Positions 1 to 8,755 of a stretch of 36,126 bases of DNA are shown here, piece after piece (within the stretch, counting starts at the first letter, position 1; each line of letters starts with the position of its first letter). The position numbers were made by a program, and so were the translations under genes. The notes under the pieces were generated by a model. It was not told where the DNA came from. It saw nothing but the letters and a program-made list of their open reading frames with translations, and made no database searches. Origin of the DNA: a virus (taxonomy: Duplodnaviria > Caudoviricetes); IMG/VR virus record IMGVR_UViG_3300003541_000008, positions 1-36,126 of that record; one strand, 5' to 3'.

Positions 1-25
1 CCCCCCCCCAAGAGGAGCCCAAACC

Positions 26-250
26 ATGGCTTTAGTTGAACTTTCAGACGAAGACATGCAAGCGCTTAATGAAATTCGCCAGCGCCGCGCCGCGCACGCG
101 GACAATCAGCCCCAACTGCTCACGGCCAATGTAACGGGCCGCCACATGCGAGCCATCGCAGAGCTTATGAAGGCGTCGGGTATGACGCATGACGAGGTTG
201 TCTGTCTTGCAGTCGAGACGCTCCACTCCGACAACCTCTTTGGCATTTGA
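26..250 (+). CDS. Small hypothetical protein, possible ribbon-helix-helix DNA-binding C-terminus
   Basis: GAGGAG RBS before ATG; LTANVTGRHMRAIAELMKASGMTHDEVVCLAVETL fits a strand-helix-G-helix RHH pattern. Confidence 0.6.
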   Translation: MALVELSDEDMQALNEIRQRRAAHADNQPQLLTANVTGRHMRAIAELMKASGMTHDEVVCLAVETLHSDNLFGI

Positions 251-287
251 TTAGCTCAATAGCCACAGCATTTAAAGGATCACGAAG

Positions 288-533
288 ATGAAACTAGACC
301 TTAATACAGTCCCGTCTGCGGTGGTAATCACGCTTTCTCATAACGGCTACACGGCGGAGCGCATGCACGCCATGACGCGGCGTGAAGTGTTTACCGCCTA
401 TTGTGCAGCTCTTGAGCTTAACACAGCTGATGATCTGTGGGAGAACATCGAAACCTTATATCGGCTGAAAACGCGCATATCCGTAGACGAAGCGTTTTCG
501 GAGGCGGAGGCGGAGCGCAGAAAGCAGCTTTAG
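288..533 (+). CDS. Hypothetical protein (81 aa)
   Basis: AAGGA RBS; co-oriented with neighbours. Confidence 0.7.
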   Translation: MKLDLNTVPSAVVITLSHNGYTAERMHAMTRREVFTAYCAALELNTADDLWENIETLYRLKTRISVDEAFSEAEAERRKQL

Positions 534-543
534 CCCAGACGCG

Positions 544-577
544 AAAAGGCCCCCGTAACAGCCACGAAACGGGGGCC
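544..577 (-). terminator. Hairpin, possible minus-strand intrinsic terminator or RNA processing stem
   Basis: GGCCCCCGT (548-556) / ACGGGGGCC (569-577) perfect 9-bp stem, followed by TTTT on the minus strand; intergenic. Confidence 0.5.
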
Positions 578-622
578 AAACATGACAAACGCGAAACACC
601 ATAGAGAGGACGGGATAATAGC

Positions 623-916
623 ATGGAAGCGCAGAAAGACAACGCTGGAGACGCTCCGTCAAACTCAGCAGAGCATTTCACGCTCATTGGATTCCCCACA
701 CTGGTGTTTTCCGTTATGCGCCGCTTCATGATGGCCGAAGATATCCCCTGCGTTCACGGCCTGACGCTGGACGCGAAACACCAGACCACGGCGCGCATCG
801 CCGACGTGGTGTTCTGCGACGCCCAGGGAGCGCCAGTCAGCCGCCAGGAGGCGCTTAAGCGCGGCGAAGCCTGGGCGAATATCGATATCCCCGCGCTTAT
901 CAAGAAAGGGCGTTGA
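623..916 (+). CDS. Hypothetical protein (97 aa)
   Basis: ORF track; purine-rich RBS region upstream. Confidence 0.65.
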   Translation: MEAQKDNAGDAPSNSAEHFTLIGFPTLVFSVMRRFMMAEDIPCVHGLTLDAKHQTTARIADVVFCDAQGAPVSRQEALKRGEAWANIDIPALIKKGR

Positions 917-919
917 ATA

Positions 920-1096
920 ATGAGCCTATATCCCATCCTGCTCCCCGGCGTCTTTATGGCGGCGTCCGTGTTTTTCCTCGCTACTGGGATGGCGCAGCCA
1001 CACAGGGCCGTGAGCATTGAAACGCGCCGAATAATCCTAGACGTTTCCAAAGTCCTGGCGCTGATGGCGATTGCCGCCGCGATCATTTTAAAATAG
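920..1096 (+). CDS. Small two-TM membrane protein (58 aa, not in ORF track)
   Basis: Manual translation MSLYPILLPGVFMAASVFFLATG...VLALMAIAAAIILK; fills the gap between flanking genes. Confidence 0.65.
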   Translation: MSLYPILLPGVFMAASVFFLATGMAQPHRAVSIETRRIILDVSKVLALMAIAAAIILK

Positions 1097-1109
1097 GAGC
1101 AAAAACAAA

Positions 1110-1301
1110 ATGGCAAGACATATAGCCATTTTCCTCATAGTCATGACAGTATTTTGCCGCGTCATCTATCTGTACGCCCCTATACGCGGAGAGGACGACG
1201 TCAACGCAAACAGGAAAGTTCTAAGGTTCACTGACGGTGTTCTTTTCCTTTCCGCTATATACCTCATTTACACCTATTACGCCGAGTGGTTATCACTATG
1301 A
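1110..1301 (+). CDS. Small two-TM membrane protein (63 aa)
   Basis: AGGAG RBS; two hydrophobic segments around a charged loop. Confidence 0.7.
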   Translation: MARHIAIFLIVMTVFCRVIYLYAPIRGEDDVNANRKVLRFTDGVLFLSAIYLIYTYYAEWLSL

Positions 1302-1621
1302 TTGTAGCCTACGATTTGCGGGGGATACTTGCGTACGGCCAAAGTGACGCCGACGTGACAACTGAAGCCCTGACATACTGGGATGGAAAAACACCATTCC
1401 GCATATCCGTCTCCCAGGCGACGCCTGCCCTTGAAGCGCTTATCGCCCAGGAAGGGAAGAGCGCCGTATGCGGCGAATGCAGCGACGGAAGACTCGGAAC
1501 GGCGGCGGAGACGCCCTCCGCCACTGGGAAAGCGCCAGCGCCGGGACGCGGCCCGACGCACTTCAGCCGCCACGTCCACGGAACCGTCTCAACAGACCCC
1601 ACAGAGGAGAAAAGCGAATGA
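1298..1621 (+). CDS. Hypothetical protein (107 aa)
   Basis: ATGA overlaps with both upstream and downstream genes. Confidence 0.6.
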   Translation: MIVAYDLRGILAYGQSDADVTTEALTYWDGKTPFRISVSQATPALEALIAQEGKSAVCGECSDGRLGTAAETPSATGKAPAPGRGPTHFSRHVHGTVSTDPTEEKSE

Positions 1622-2016
1622 CGGACCCTAACACGCTTGGCGTGAATGTGAATGAGCTTTACAGGCTCATGACGGAGCGGGAAGAGCTCAACAGAGAGAT
1701 TGAGGCGTGTACGCAAGGGCTCCCCTTGTTGCGCCTCGTATCCCTGCTCCTGTCGTTTACGGACGTTCACGCAATCAGCACGACAGTCATGATTCTTGCC
1801 GGGAGACTCGGCCGCGTACGGCAAATCCAACAGTTCCTCCCAGGTTCTCCAGAAGAGCGCCACATGGCGGTTTATCAGTTCACCGACGCGCTGTTCGGCC
1901 TGCCGCGCCTGTACGTGATTGGCGTGGCGACCTCCTATCTGGGCGTTGATGAGCTCCGCGACACAGTGAAGCTTATCCGCCAGCACAGAGGAGCGCCTGG
2001 GGTCGTAATCACATGA
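1618..2016 (+). CDS. Hypothetical protein (132 aa)
   Basis: GAGGAG RBS and ATGA overlap place the start at 1618, inside ORF 1468..2016. Confidence 0.7.
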   Translation: MTDPNTLGVNVNELYRLMTEREELNREIEACTQGLPLLRLVSLLLSFTDVHAISTTVMILAGRLGRVRQIQQFLPGSPEERHMAVYQFTDALFGLPRLYVIGVATSYLGVDELRDTVKLIRQHRGAPGVVIT

Positions 2017-2192
2017 GCGGCGCAAAACACAAAGTGGGCGACAAAGTGATTATACGCCCAGGAGCATGCGAGGTTCCAGCGACTATTCAAGAAGTACAAC
2101 AGAGGCCAGACGGAGATTTATACGTGGTCTACGTCGGGAAATATGAGCCCACAGTGACAATCAAAGAAGGCTGCATTCTGCGCCTTCGTTAA
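2013..2192 (+). CDS. Small SH3/Tudor/KOW-like beta-barrel protein (59 aa, not in ORF track)
   Basis: MSGAKHKVGDKVIIRPGACEVPATIQEVQQRPDGDLYVVYVGKYEPTVTIKEGCILRLR; KVGDKV..PATI.EV..YVV pattern; ATGA overlap. Confidence 0.6.
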   Translation: MSGAKHKVGDKVIIRPGACEVPATIQEVQQRPDGDLYVVYVGKYEPTVTIKEGCILRLR

Positions 2193-2213
2193 CCTTATGT
2201 CATAGAGGTAACA

Positions 2214-2441
2214 ATGACTAACGAACATATTACGAAGATAAAGAGCATCAGGGAAGAACTGTTCCCCGCGTCATACGGCGCTTATACAGCAGAGCAGACA
2301 AGGGCCGCCCTGGATGTCTACGAATTTTCTCTCAAGGCCGAAGGCGTGAGCGAAATAGAAGAAACTCTCGGGCAACTGGCGCCGCTGCTCACGGTGTTTA
2401 TTGAGGGCCTGACGGAAGCAGCCAGCGCCAAGAAGCCCTAA
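2214..2441 (+). CDS. Hypothetical protein (75 aa)
   Basis: GAGGT RBS; stop overlaps the convergent terL stop. Confidence 0.7.
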   Translation: MTNEHITKIKSIREELFPASYGAYTAEQTRAALDVYEFSLKAEGVSEIEETLGQLAPLLTVFIEGLTEAASAKKP

Positions 2442-3898
2442 CCCGCCCAACTTGAAGCGCGCCGCGCGTCATGCTTTTTCTTGATGACGCGGCGCTCCGA
2501 ATTCGTGGCGAAAGTGAGCAGAAAGCTGTCGGCCCTATTGGGCGACTTGACCCCACGGTTTTTCAGCTCCCGCTTGCTTTCGACCACGATTTTCCCATTC
2601 GCATGAAAGTCATAGCGCGGCGTTGTCAGCTCCGCGACCAACGCCTGATCGCTGGGCATGCCGCAATCACGCGCTTCGAACCATTCCCGCCCAGAGAACC
2701 ACAACTCATCTCGCAACCTCATGTAACGGTCATTCGAAGAGGCGGATTCCGCGACGTTGACGCCATAGAGCGGGAGCCCCTCCGTTCGCCCTATGTCGAC
2801 AAGGCCCGCGCCCAGGCCGATGGCGTCGACCATGATTTTCTTTGGGCGATCGAGCTCCGGCGTATCCAGATATTCGCGCTTGATTTTGCCCAGTGTCACG
2901 GCAAGGTCGACGCCGCCCCATGTCTGCACGGGCTCTGTGATCATATTGAACCGGCGCTTGCACAGAGCGTTGTCATCGTCTCCGTAGCGCGCCACGTCAA
3001 GCCCCCACACGGGGATATAATCAGTAAGTTCAATCACATCCCGCTTGATTGCGGCCTCAACCAGATCAAGCGCTATCACCGTGTCGTCGTCGGCCGTGGG
3101 GAACTCGCCCAGGACGCGCACGCGGTATTTGTTGGAGCCCTTGCCGTAAGCGTCAATCACATCCTGAATGTGGCCCCTGGCGCGGGGGACATCCTCTGAA
3201 TTGACAGTCAGGCAGCGCCAGCGATCGCGAAGCTTATGATGTGTGTCGTAAAAATAGCCTGACGTGCGCGTGGGGTTGGCCGCCAAAATTACTTTTGCGC
3301 CCTTGGTCGACAGCGCGCCCATGGCGACTTCAAAAACCACGTCATCGATTCCGCTGGCCTCTTCAATGATGAAGAGCAGATTGTCCGCGTGAAAGCCTTG
3401 AAGCGCCTCAGAGTTCTGCTTTGACGCCGTCCGGCGCACGGCGAACGCGTTATCAGGCGCGACGCGGACCACGATTTTTTCCGCCTGGATATCGATCTGA
3501 TCACGAAGCGCGGGCGGCAATCGCCGCCACCATTTTTTGACCTCCGGCCAAACGATATCGCGCAGCTGATCCTGTGAATTGGCCGCCACAGGAATCTTTA
3601 CGTCCTGGCGCGTCAGGAGAAACCACAGGATAACCCACGATAGAAACGTCGTTTTTCCAGTTCCGTGGCCGGATTTGATGCTGATCCGGTCATATTTCGC
3701 CAGATCATCGAGCGCCCCGGCCTGCCATGCGGAAAGCTGGGGCTCATCGTTGGGGTTGGGAACGCCCAGATCCAGGACGCCCAGGACGTTGACTACGAAC
3801 AGGCGCGGATTGTCTTTGCCCGCCAACCATCCCCATTGCCAACTGTTGCGGGGGACTCTGAAAACTTGCTCCTGCCCTGGGCCAACCGTCCCCCTCAT
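2438..3898 (-). CDS. terL: Terminase large subunit
   Basis: Walker A SGHGTGKT, Walker B-like FIIEEASG, coupling motif ANPTR, RNase H-like nuclease motifs GLDVARYGDD, VDAIGLGAG, SPNRAD. Confidence 0.95.
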   Translation of the reverse strand: MRGTVGPGQEQVFRVPRNSWQWGWLAGKDNPRLFVVNVLGVLDLGVPNPNDEPQLSAWQAGALDDLAKYDRISIKSGHGTGKTTFLSWVILWFLLTRQDVKIPVAANSQDQLRDIVWPEVKKWWRRLPPALRDQIDIQAEKIVVRVAPDNAFAVRRTASKQNSEALQGFHADNLLFIIEEASGIDDVVFEVAMGALSTKGAKVILAANPTRTSGYFYDTHHKLRDRWRCLTVNSEDVPRARGHIQDVIDAYGKGSNKYRVRVLGEFPTADDDTVIALDLVEAAIKRDVIELTDYIPVWGLDVARYGDDDNALCKRRFNMITEPVQTWGGVDLAVTLGKIKREYLDTPELDRPKKIMVDAIGLGAGLVDIGRTEGLPLYGVNVAESASSNDRYMRLRDELWFSGREWFEARDCGMPSDQALVAELTTPRYDFHANGKIVVESKRELKNRGVKSPNRADSFLLTFATNSERRVIKKKHDARRASSWAG

Positions 3899-4692
3899 TC
3901 CACCGCGCTCCAGTTCGCCAGCGTGACAGCAAGGCGAGAGACAGCGTCCGGCGGCGCGCTGGAAAGCGTATTTTCCAGCGCGTCGAGGCCCTCTAAGAGC
4001 CGCCTGGATTCTTCGCGATAGTCGATGGCGACAGGCTGGGCCTCTTGCTTATCGCCCATGGTTCGCGCCGCGACAAACGAGCGTAACGCTATGTTGGCGA
4101 AGCCGTCCGCCAGCAACTCCAGCCGCTTCCTGGAGTCCCTCTCTCGGGAAAATTCGTGAGAGGCCCTGTTCTGGGCGGAGAGCAGATCCTCTAAGAGGCG
4201 CTTCAGATGCGGCGCGGCGTCGATAGACCGGCAAAGCTGGCGGACGGCGGCCCCCGGCGATGGCCGCGCTGCGCCCTCTTGGGCCTCCGGGTATTCGCGC
4301 TCCGCCAGGACGTCGACCATGTTGCGCGGCTTGAATGGCGCCGTCGTCGACGCCGGGGGGCTGGCGCGGCCGTAGCCGTGCGCGTCATAGGTCACGGTCT
4401 GCAGGGGCTTGGCGGCGTCGCACGCAGCCACGACAGCGGCGGCGAACGCAGTGAACGCGCGCCGCTCCATCTCTGGGAGCTCCACCCAGAGCGGCGGGGG
4501 GCAGGCGCAGCATTCTTGATCAGCACAGCTATCATGCTCCGAGCTGGCCATGGCCGCGCCCAGCGCGCTGAATCCTTCCTGGGCGAGGGCCTCTAAAAAT
4601 GAGGGCGGCGCATCGTGGGCAGGCGCTATTTGGGCGTCAGGCTTTCGGGCGGCGGCGACTGCATCGGCGATGGATATGGGCGTGTCAGTCAT
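3895..4692 (-). CDS. Hypothetical protein (265 aa) between terS and terL
   Basis: ATGA coupling at both ends; Cys cluster CADQECCAC followed by a WVELPE helical motif. Confidence 0.75.
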   Translation of the reverse strand: MTDTPISIADAVAAARKPDAQIAPAHDAPPSFLEALAQEGFSALGAAMASSEHDSCADQECCACPPPLWVELPEMERRAFTAFAAAVVAACDAAKPLQTVTYDAHGYGRASPPASTTAPFKPRNMVDVLAEREYPEAQEGAARPSPGAAVRQLCRSIDAAPHLKRLLEDLLSAQNRASHEFSRERDSRKRLELLADGFANIALRSFVAARTMGDKQEAQPVAIDYREESRRLLEGLDALENTLSSAPPDAVSRLAVTLANWSAVE

Positions 4693-4787
4693 GGCGAAGG
4701 GACTCCAGACAGTTTGATAAGGGCGATAATCGCCAAGACGGCAAAAATCAGCGCGCCTTTGGCGACGGTTGAGAAATACGGCGTCAT
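4689..4787 (-). CDS. Single-TM micropeptide (32 aa, not in ORF track)
   Basis: MTPYFSTVAKGALIFAVLAIIALIKLSGVPSP; one base separates it from the upstream stop, and it ends in an ATGA overlap with the next gene. Confidence 0.6.
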   Translation of the reverse strand: MTPYFSTVAKGALIFAVLAIIALIKLSGVPSP

Positions 4788-4788
4788 G

Positions 4789-5091
4789 TCAGCAACCCCC
4801 AAACCAGCGGCGCCAGAAGGGGAGCGCCGCGCGTTCTGCCGCGCGCAGGTTCATGGCGATTGCGCGTTCTTCCTGGGCGACGGCCGAGCGCGTGGTGAGG
4901 ACGGCGCGGGCGACAGCGCGCCATTTGTTTTTTGCCGCGTCGCTTTCGTCCAGCCAGCTGGAGGGCTTTTCTTCGCCCTCATAGCGGAGCGCCTCCATCC
5001 ACGCCTCCCTGGCGCAGACGTCGACGACGCGGCGCGTCTTTTCTTCACGCTCTGATTCACTCTGTTGCATGGTGAGCTCCTTTGTTTTCAC
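4789..5091 (-). CDS. Hypothetical protein (about 93-100 aa)
   Basis: Overlaps the terS stop; AAGGAG RBS also supports the internal MQQ start. Confidence 0.7.
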   Translation of the reverse strand: MKTKELTMQQSESEREEKTRRVVDVCAREAWMEALRYEGEEKPSSWLDESDAAKNKWRAVARAVLTTRSAVAQEERAIAMNLRAAERAALPFWRRWFGGC

Positions 5092-5726
5092 TTTGGTTCG
5101 TTATTGTCTTTCGATTCGTCGTCATCTTCAGGAAGTACAACAGCGCCCTTTGCGACGGCGCTCCACAAAGCCGCAAATCCTTCGTCAGCTTTCATCGTTA
5201 CAGTCTTCTGCTCTCGCCAGTCATCTGGAAATCTACATGACATTGAAGTCTTCCAAACGTCTCCTTTAAATATGGCTTCTCTTATACCGCTGCTGCCATT
5301 ATCTTCCCACCACTGCTGTGAAAGTAGTTTTGCTCGCGCGTAAGCTTCCCTGAAGCTTTCGTAAGCATCGGACCATCGTTCAAGGGACATTTTAGAGCAT
5401 CCGATTTCTGCCGCCATCCATGCCGCAGATTTACCGCGTGCGCCCCACGCTAAAACCCACTCATCAAATCTTGGGCTATACTCTGGAGGCCGCCCAATTG
5501 GCTTAAGTCTGTCAGGATTTCTTGGCAAACCTTCATTGTGATCGTCGAAATAAAAATCAGGACTGTTTGTCACAATCCCTTGTCTTACGTCGCTGGAGCC
5601 TTTCGACGGCATGGCCTTCTCCCCCCGCTTGCGACTCGCGCGCGGCCGTCCAGGCGCGCCAGTCCCAGGGCCTTCTTTCTTTTTACTGGGGCCCTTGGCG
5701 CGTGGTTTCACTTTTTTTGCGTCCAT
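5088..5726 (-). CDS. terS: Terminase small subunit (212 aa) with long basic N-terminal extension
   Basis: GRPPEY..HTH (GKSAAWMAAEIGCSKMSLERW)..FREAYARAKLLSQQWWE signature; AGGAG RBS supports start at 5726; same operon as terL. Confidence 0.85.
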   Translation of the reverse strand: MDAKKVKPRAKGPSKKKEGPGTGAPGRPRASRKRGEKAMPSKGSSDVRQGIVTNSPDFYFDDHNEGLPRNPDRLKPIGRPPEYSPRFDEWVLAWGARGKSAAWMAAEIGCSKMSLERWSDAYESFREAYARAKLLSQQWWEDNGSSGIREAIFKGDVWKTSMSCRFPDDWREQKTVTMKADEGFAALWSAVAKGAVVLPEDDDESKDNNEPK

Positions 5727-5739
5727 GCGAATCTCCTGC

Positions 5740-5768
5740 TTTACAATGGCCGAAAACCCCCCTATAAG
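5740..5768 (+). promoter_or_regulatory. Early sigma70-type promoter P1
   Basis: TTTACA-17 bp-TATAAG; 16-bp core TTTACAATGGCCGAAA identical at 10731 and 15290. Confidence 0.8.
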
Positions 5769-5806
5769 AGAGGGACAGGCAGCAACAAACAATCGGGAGC
5801 CATTAC

Positions 5807-6184
5807 ATGGTGAACCATTCAAAAGCCCTCACAGTCGAAGTTCTCCCCAACACGCACATGTTTAGCGTATCCGCCCGCACAATCCGCGAAGGATGGCGCG
5901 TAGGAGACTTTTATATAATAGCCTCTGACGTTTGCGGCAAAGAATGCTTTTTTGTGACGGAGGCCGTGGCGTTCGATTGTTTCGGCGCTCATGTGCAGAT
6001 CATCAGCCGCCCGTTCAAATCGTTTCGCGACGCCCACAAAATCGCCGTGTCGTCCGCCCGCGCCCTGCGCCGGGAAATGCGCGAGACTGGGCCGCTCCTC
6101 CCTAGCGCAATCAAGTCAATGCTGCGCTCGCTCGTCACACATCAGACAATCACCACAAAGGCCGGCGCCCGCGCAGCGCGATAA
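5807..6184 (+). CDS. Hypothetical early protein (125 aa)
   Basis: GGGAG RBS; first gene after P1. Confidence 0.65.
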   Translation: MVNHSKALTVEVLPNTHMFSVSARTIREGWRVGDFYIIASDVCGKECFFVTEAVAFDCFGAHVQIISRPFKSFRDAHKIAVSSARALRREMRETGPLLPSAIKSMLRSLVTHQTITTKAGARAAR

Positions 6185-6256
6185 TCGCCCAGGGGGAGCT
6201 AAGGCGCTCCCCCAACCCACCACGCCACCACGCCATAGAGAATAGGATTGTTCAAC

Positions 6257-6469
6257 ATGGACAAATATCGAGTGGACATATTCGCAAAAGGCGAAAGACA
6301 TATCGTAAGTTTTGAACGGTTCGGCGAAAACGCCGCTGATGTTGCGAAAAGTGTTGTCGCGCAACTTGGCGCGCAATGGAGCCCGTTTGTTGAGGATACT
6401 GATGGCAAAGACAGCGTCATTATTTTTCGCTCAGCTGAAATTGAGTTCATAAAGGCGACAAAGATATAA
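6257..6469 (+). CDS. Hypothetical protein (70 aa)
   Basis: AGGA RBS; ORF track frame. Confidence 0.65.
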   Translation: MDKYRVDIFAKGERHIVSFERFGENAADVAKSVVAQLGAQWSPFVEDTDGKDSVIIFRSAEIEFIKATKI

Positions 6470-6509
6470 CTCTTCTACGCGCAGAACTAATTTGCAAAGG
6501 GATTTAGAA

Positions 6510-7097
6510 ATGACGTTTATTCCAGACAGGCTAAACACATCTGATGAACGCGCCCTTAACGCCGCGCTGTGGCGCTTGCTGGCGCGGGGATGGAGCCACA
6601 AGCGCGCTGTAGCCGCGCTCCTGATCGCGTGGAATGAGGATTACCACTCAGAAGACGGACTTGTTGAACGCGCTCTGGATATCCCGGATGAAGACGCAGG
6701 CAAGACGCCAGGGGCGGACATTTACGCCGCCGCCGCTGAAGCATGGGGCCTTTCTCGGGGTGATGCGAAGGCGCGTCTGTGCTGGAGTCTTTACGGGAGC
6801 GGGCCTACGCCGCTCAAATCCTCAACCGAACAGCCAGCCCCCCTTGAGATCGGCGTGACGCCGTCCGTAGCGATAACCGGAGTCACAAAAAATGAAGCCA
6901 AAATGGTGAGAACCAGACTTCGCCGCGCGGGCCTCCTGTCCTTCTACCGCGTCAACGACAAATCCGTGAACATGTTCACGACGAAAGAGGGCGCGGCGAA
7001 AGATCGCGAGACGCTTATGTGCGTGTTGGAGACAGTCAGAGCGGCGATCGCGCAGCGCAAAGAGACGCGAATCAAGGGGTTCTTCGAAGACCCCTGA
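6510..7097 (+). CDS. Hypothetical protein with polymerase O-helix-like segment
   Basis: DIYAAAAEAWGLSRGDAKARLCWSLYGSG matches R-x3-K-x7-YG. Confidence 0.7.
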   Translation: MTFIPDRLNTSDERALNAALWRLLARGWSHKRAVAALLIAWNEDYHSEDGLVERALDIPDEDAGKTPGADIYAAAAEAWGLSRGDAKARLCWSLYGSGPTPLKSSTEQPAPLEIGVTPSVAITGVTKNEAKMVRTRLRRAGLLSFYRVNDKSVNMFTTKEGAAKDRETLMCVLETVRAAIAQRKETRIKGFFEDP

Positions 7098-7150
7098 CGC
7101 GCGAATAGCCTAAGCCAGCATGCCGCAACGCCAACAAGAAAGAACACGCC

Positions 7151-7666
7151 ATGAGAGACGAAGCGCCTAAAGACCCATACATGGAATATGCAACGCGTCA
7201 CGGGATAACGCGCGCCAAGGCGAAAGCTGAAATGCTGGCCATGATGTACGGCGTGGAGCCAGAGACGTTGTCCCTGGCGCAGAAGCTGGCGGCCATGAGC
7301 GACGATCGCCCCTGGGCGGAGCTCAATGCGGAGAAGCGCGCCACGTCCATTTCCGAAGCTAAAGCGGCGATAGACGCCGGAGAAGCATTCAAGGACGGCG
7401 AAACGCGAGTCAAGGTCCTGTTGCCCAGAAGCAGCGCCTGCGGCGCAGTCCCCGCCGTCGTATCCGCTCTCCGCGAAATAACGGACGCTGGCGTCATCAA
7501 TGACGCGTCCGCGATTGAAGTTCGAATCGGAGGTGTCTCCTCCGTAACAGTGCTTGTGTCGCGGCGGAGCGGAAAAAGCGAAATGTGGGGTCCGGCCCCG
7601 TGGCCTGTCGCCTTTGTCATCGACGCCGTCGCCAACTGGGCAATCAGAAAGGACCCGAAGCAATGA
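7151..7666 (+). CDS. Hypothetical protein with N-terminal O-helix-like segment
   Basis: DPYMEYATRHGITRAKAKAEMLAMMYG; ATGA overlap with next gene. Confidence 0.7.
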   Translation: MRDEAPKDPYMEYATRHGITRAKAKAEMLAMMYGVEPETLSLAQKLAAMSDDRPWAELNAEKRATSISEAKAAIDAGEAFKDGETRVKVLLPRSSACGAVPAVVSALREITDAGVINDASAIEVRIGGVSSVTVLVSRRSGKSEMWGPAPWPVAFVIDAVANWAIRKDPKQ

Positions 7667-7932
7667 AGCCGATCAAGGAGCTGATCAAAGAAAACCGCGC
7701 GGTGTGGCTCGCCTGGGCGGCCTGTGGAGGGGCGGAGCGCGAAGCGTGCGGCCTAACGCTGTCAGAGGAGCAAAAAGCTGTGGCGCACGCGGCGGAGCTG
7801 TCAGACGGCAAATTGCTCATGGCTTACCAGGAGGCGTTGCGCCGCCCTATGGATGATCCAGAGGGCCTCGCCCAGGCGGAAGCCTATTTGAAAATCCCGA
7901 AACGCATGCGCAAAGGGAGTAGGGCCGTATGA
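7663..7932 (+). CDS. Hypothetical protein (89 aa)
   Basis: ATGA overlaps at both ends; AAGGA RBS. Confidence 0.7.
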   Translation: MKPIKELIKENRAVWLAWAACGGAEREACGLTLSEEQKAVAHAAELSDGKLLMAYQEALRRPMDDPEGLAQAEAYLKIPKRMRKGSRAV

Positions 7933-8312
7933 GCTATTATCTTATTCGCGCCACATACAACACAAGCGCCAATTCAAAAAGCCTGTCTTCGTACACTGTC
8001 AGCATGCAAAAGACAGATGGCGCTGATTATTGCTATAGCTGCCAAGACGGCCCCACGTTTAACAATATATCCGCATGGGTATGCGCGACTGCGTCATTCC
8101 AAGACGCAATTAATAAAATTCTTGACTATTTAAACTTTCCGGTTGACGTCATGCTTAAATGCATAGACGGAAAACCGTATACCGTATTCTTGAGCCTTAT
8201 CGACGTAAAGCACAAGAACGGCCTTGGCGAAACGCACCACTTGCTAGGGCGGGTTACCCCGCATGGCCGGTGGATTGCGAACAACGGCAACGAACTTTTT
8301 GGAGAGGGGTGA
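7929..8312 (+). CDS. Hypothetical protein (127 aa), visibly AT-richer
   Basis: GGGAG RBS; ATGA overlap. Confidence 0.7.
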   Translation: MSYYLIRATYNTSANSKSLSSYTVSMQKTDGADYCYSCQDGPTFNNISAWVCATASFQDAINKILDYLNFPVDVMLKCIDGKPYTVFLSLIDVKHKNGLGETHHLLGRVTPHGRWIANNGNELFGEG

Positions 8313-8315
8313 ATC

Positions 8316-8738
8316 GTGGCGGACCCAACACAGACAGCTATTTCCCTTCTGGCGGTAAAGTTGGCGGAAGCCTGTTTCACAATGGAATGGAACGCTCTCC
8401 CAGAGCGCGTTCGCTCTGCCTACCGATCGAAGGCCGTGCATCTGCTGGCGACGTCGGAAAACGAAGGATTCTCCGCTCGGGTTAATGTGACGTTGCCACA
8501 GGCGACGGAGACGCTTAAAGACATCATCAGCGGAAATCTGGAAAACCTTTTGCGGGCTCGAATATTCGGGTCCAATCCAGAGGCGCAGACCTTCGTACAT
8601 GCTGGGTATTATGCAGTTTACGTTGTTATGCGAAATAACGTCACACTGAAGCAGAAGAGCGCAGCCCCAGAACTATTTGACCTTATCGCCGGTAACGTCG
8701 AGGCATCACGACGTAAATACTACGACAGCTTGATATAA
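8316..8738 (+). CDS. Hypothetical protein (140 aa)
   Basis: GAGGGG RBS, GTG start. Confidence 0.7.
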   Translation: MADPTQTAISLLAVKLAEACFTMEWNALPERVRSAYRSKAVHLLATSENEGFSARVNVTLPQATETLKDIISGNLENLLRARIFGSNPEAQTFVHAGYYAVYVVMRNNVTLKQKSAAPELFDLIAGNVEASRRKYYDSLI

Positions 8739-8755
8739 AACTAGGAGACAAACAC

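Noticed and set aside
1309-2025. 238-aa minus-strand ORF
   Set aside because: Shadow of two coupled plus-strand genes with good RBS or ATGA overlaps
5727-5822. Longer terS start given by the ORF track
   Set aside because: The extension overlaps promoter P1 and the next gene; a strong AGGAG RBS supports 5726
6510-7666. Split or decayed DNA polymerase gene
   Set aside because: Only motif B-like segments are present, twice; no motif A or C and no exonuclease motifs; both ORFs are intact
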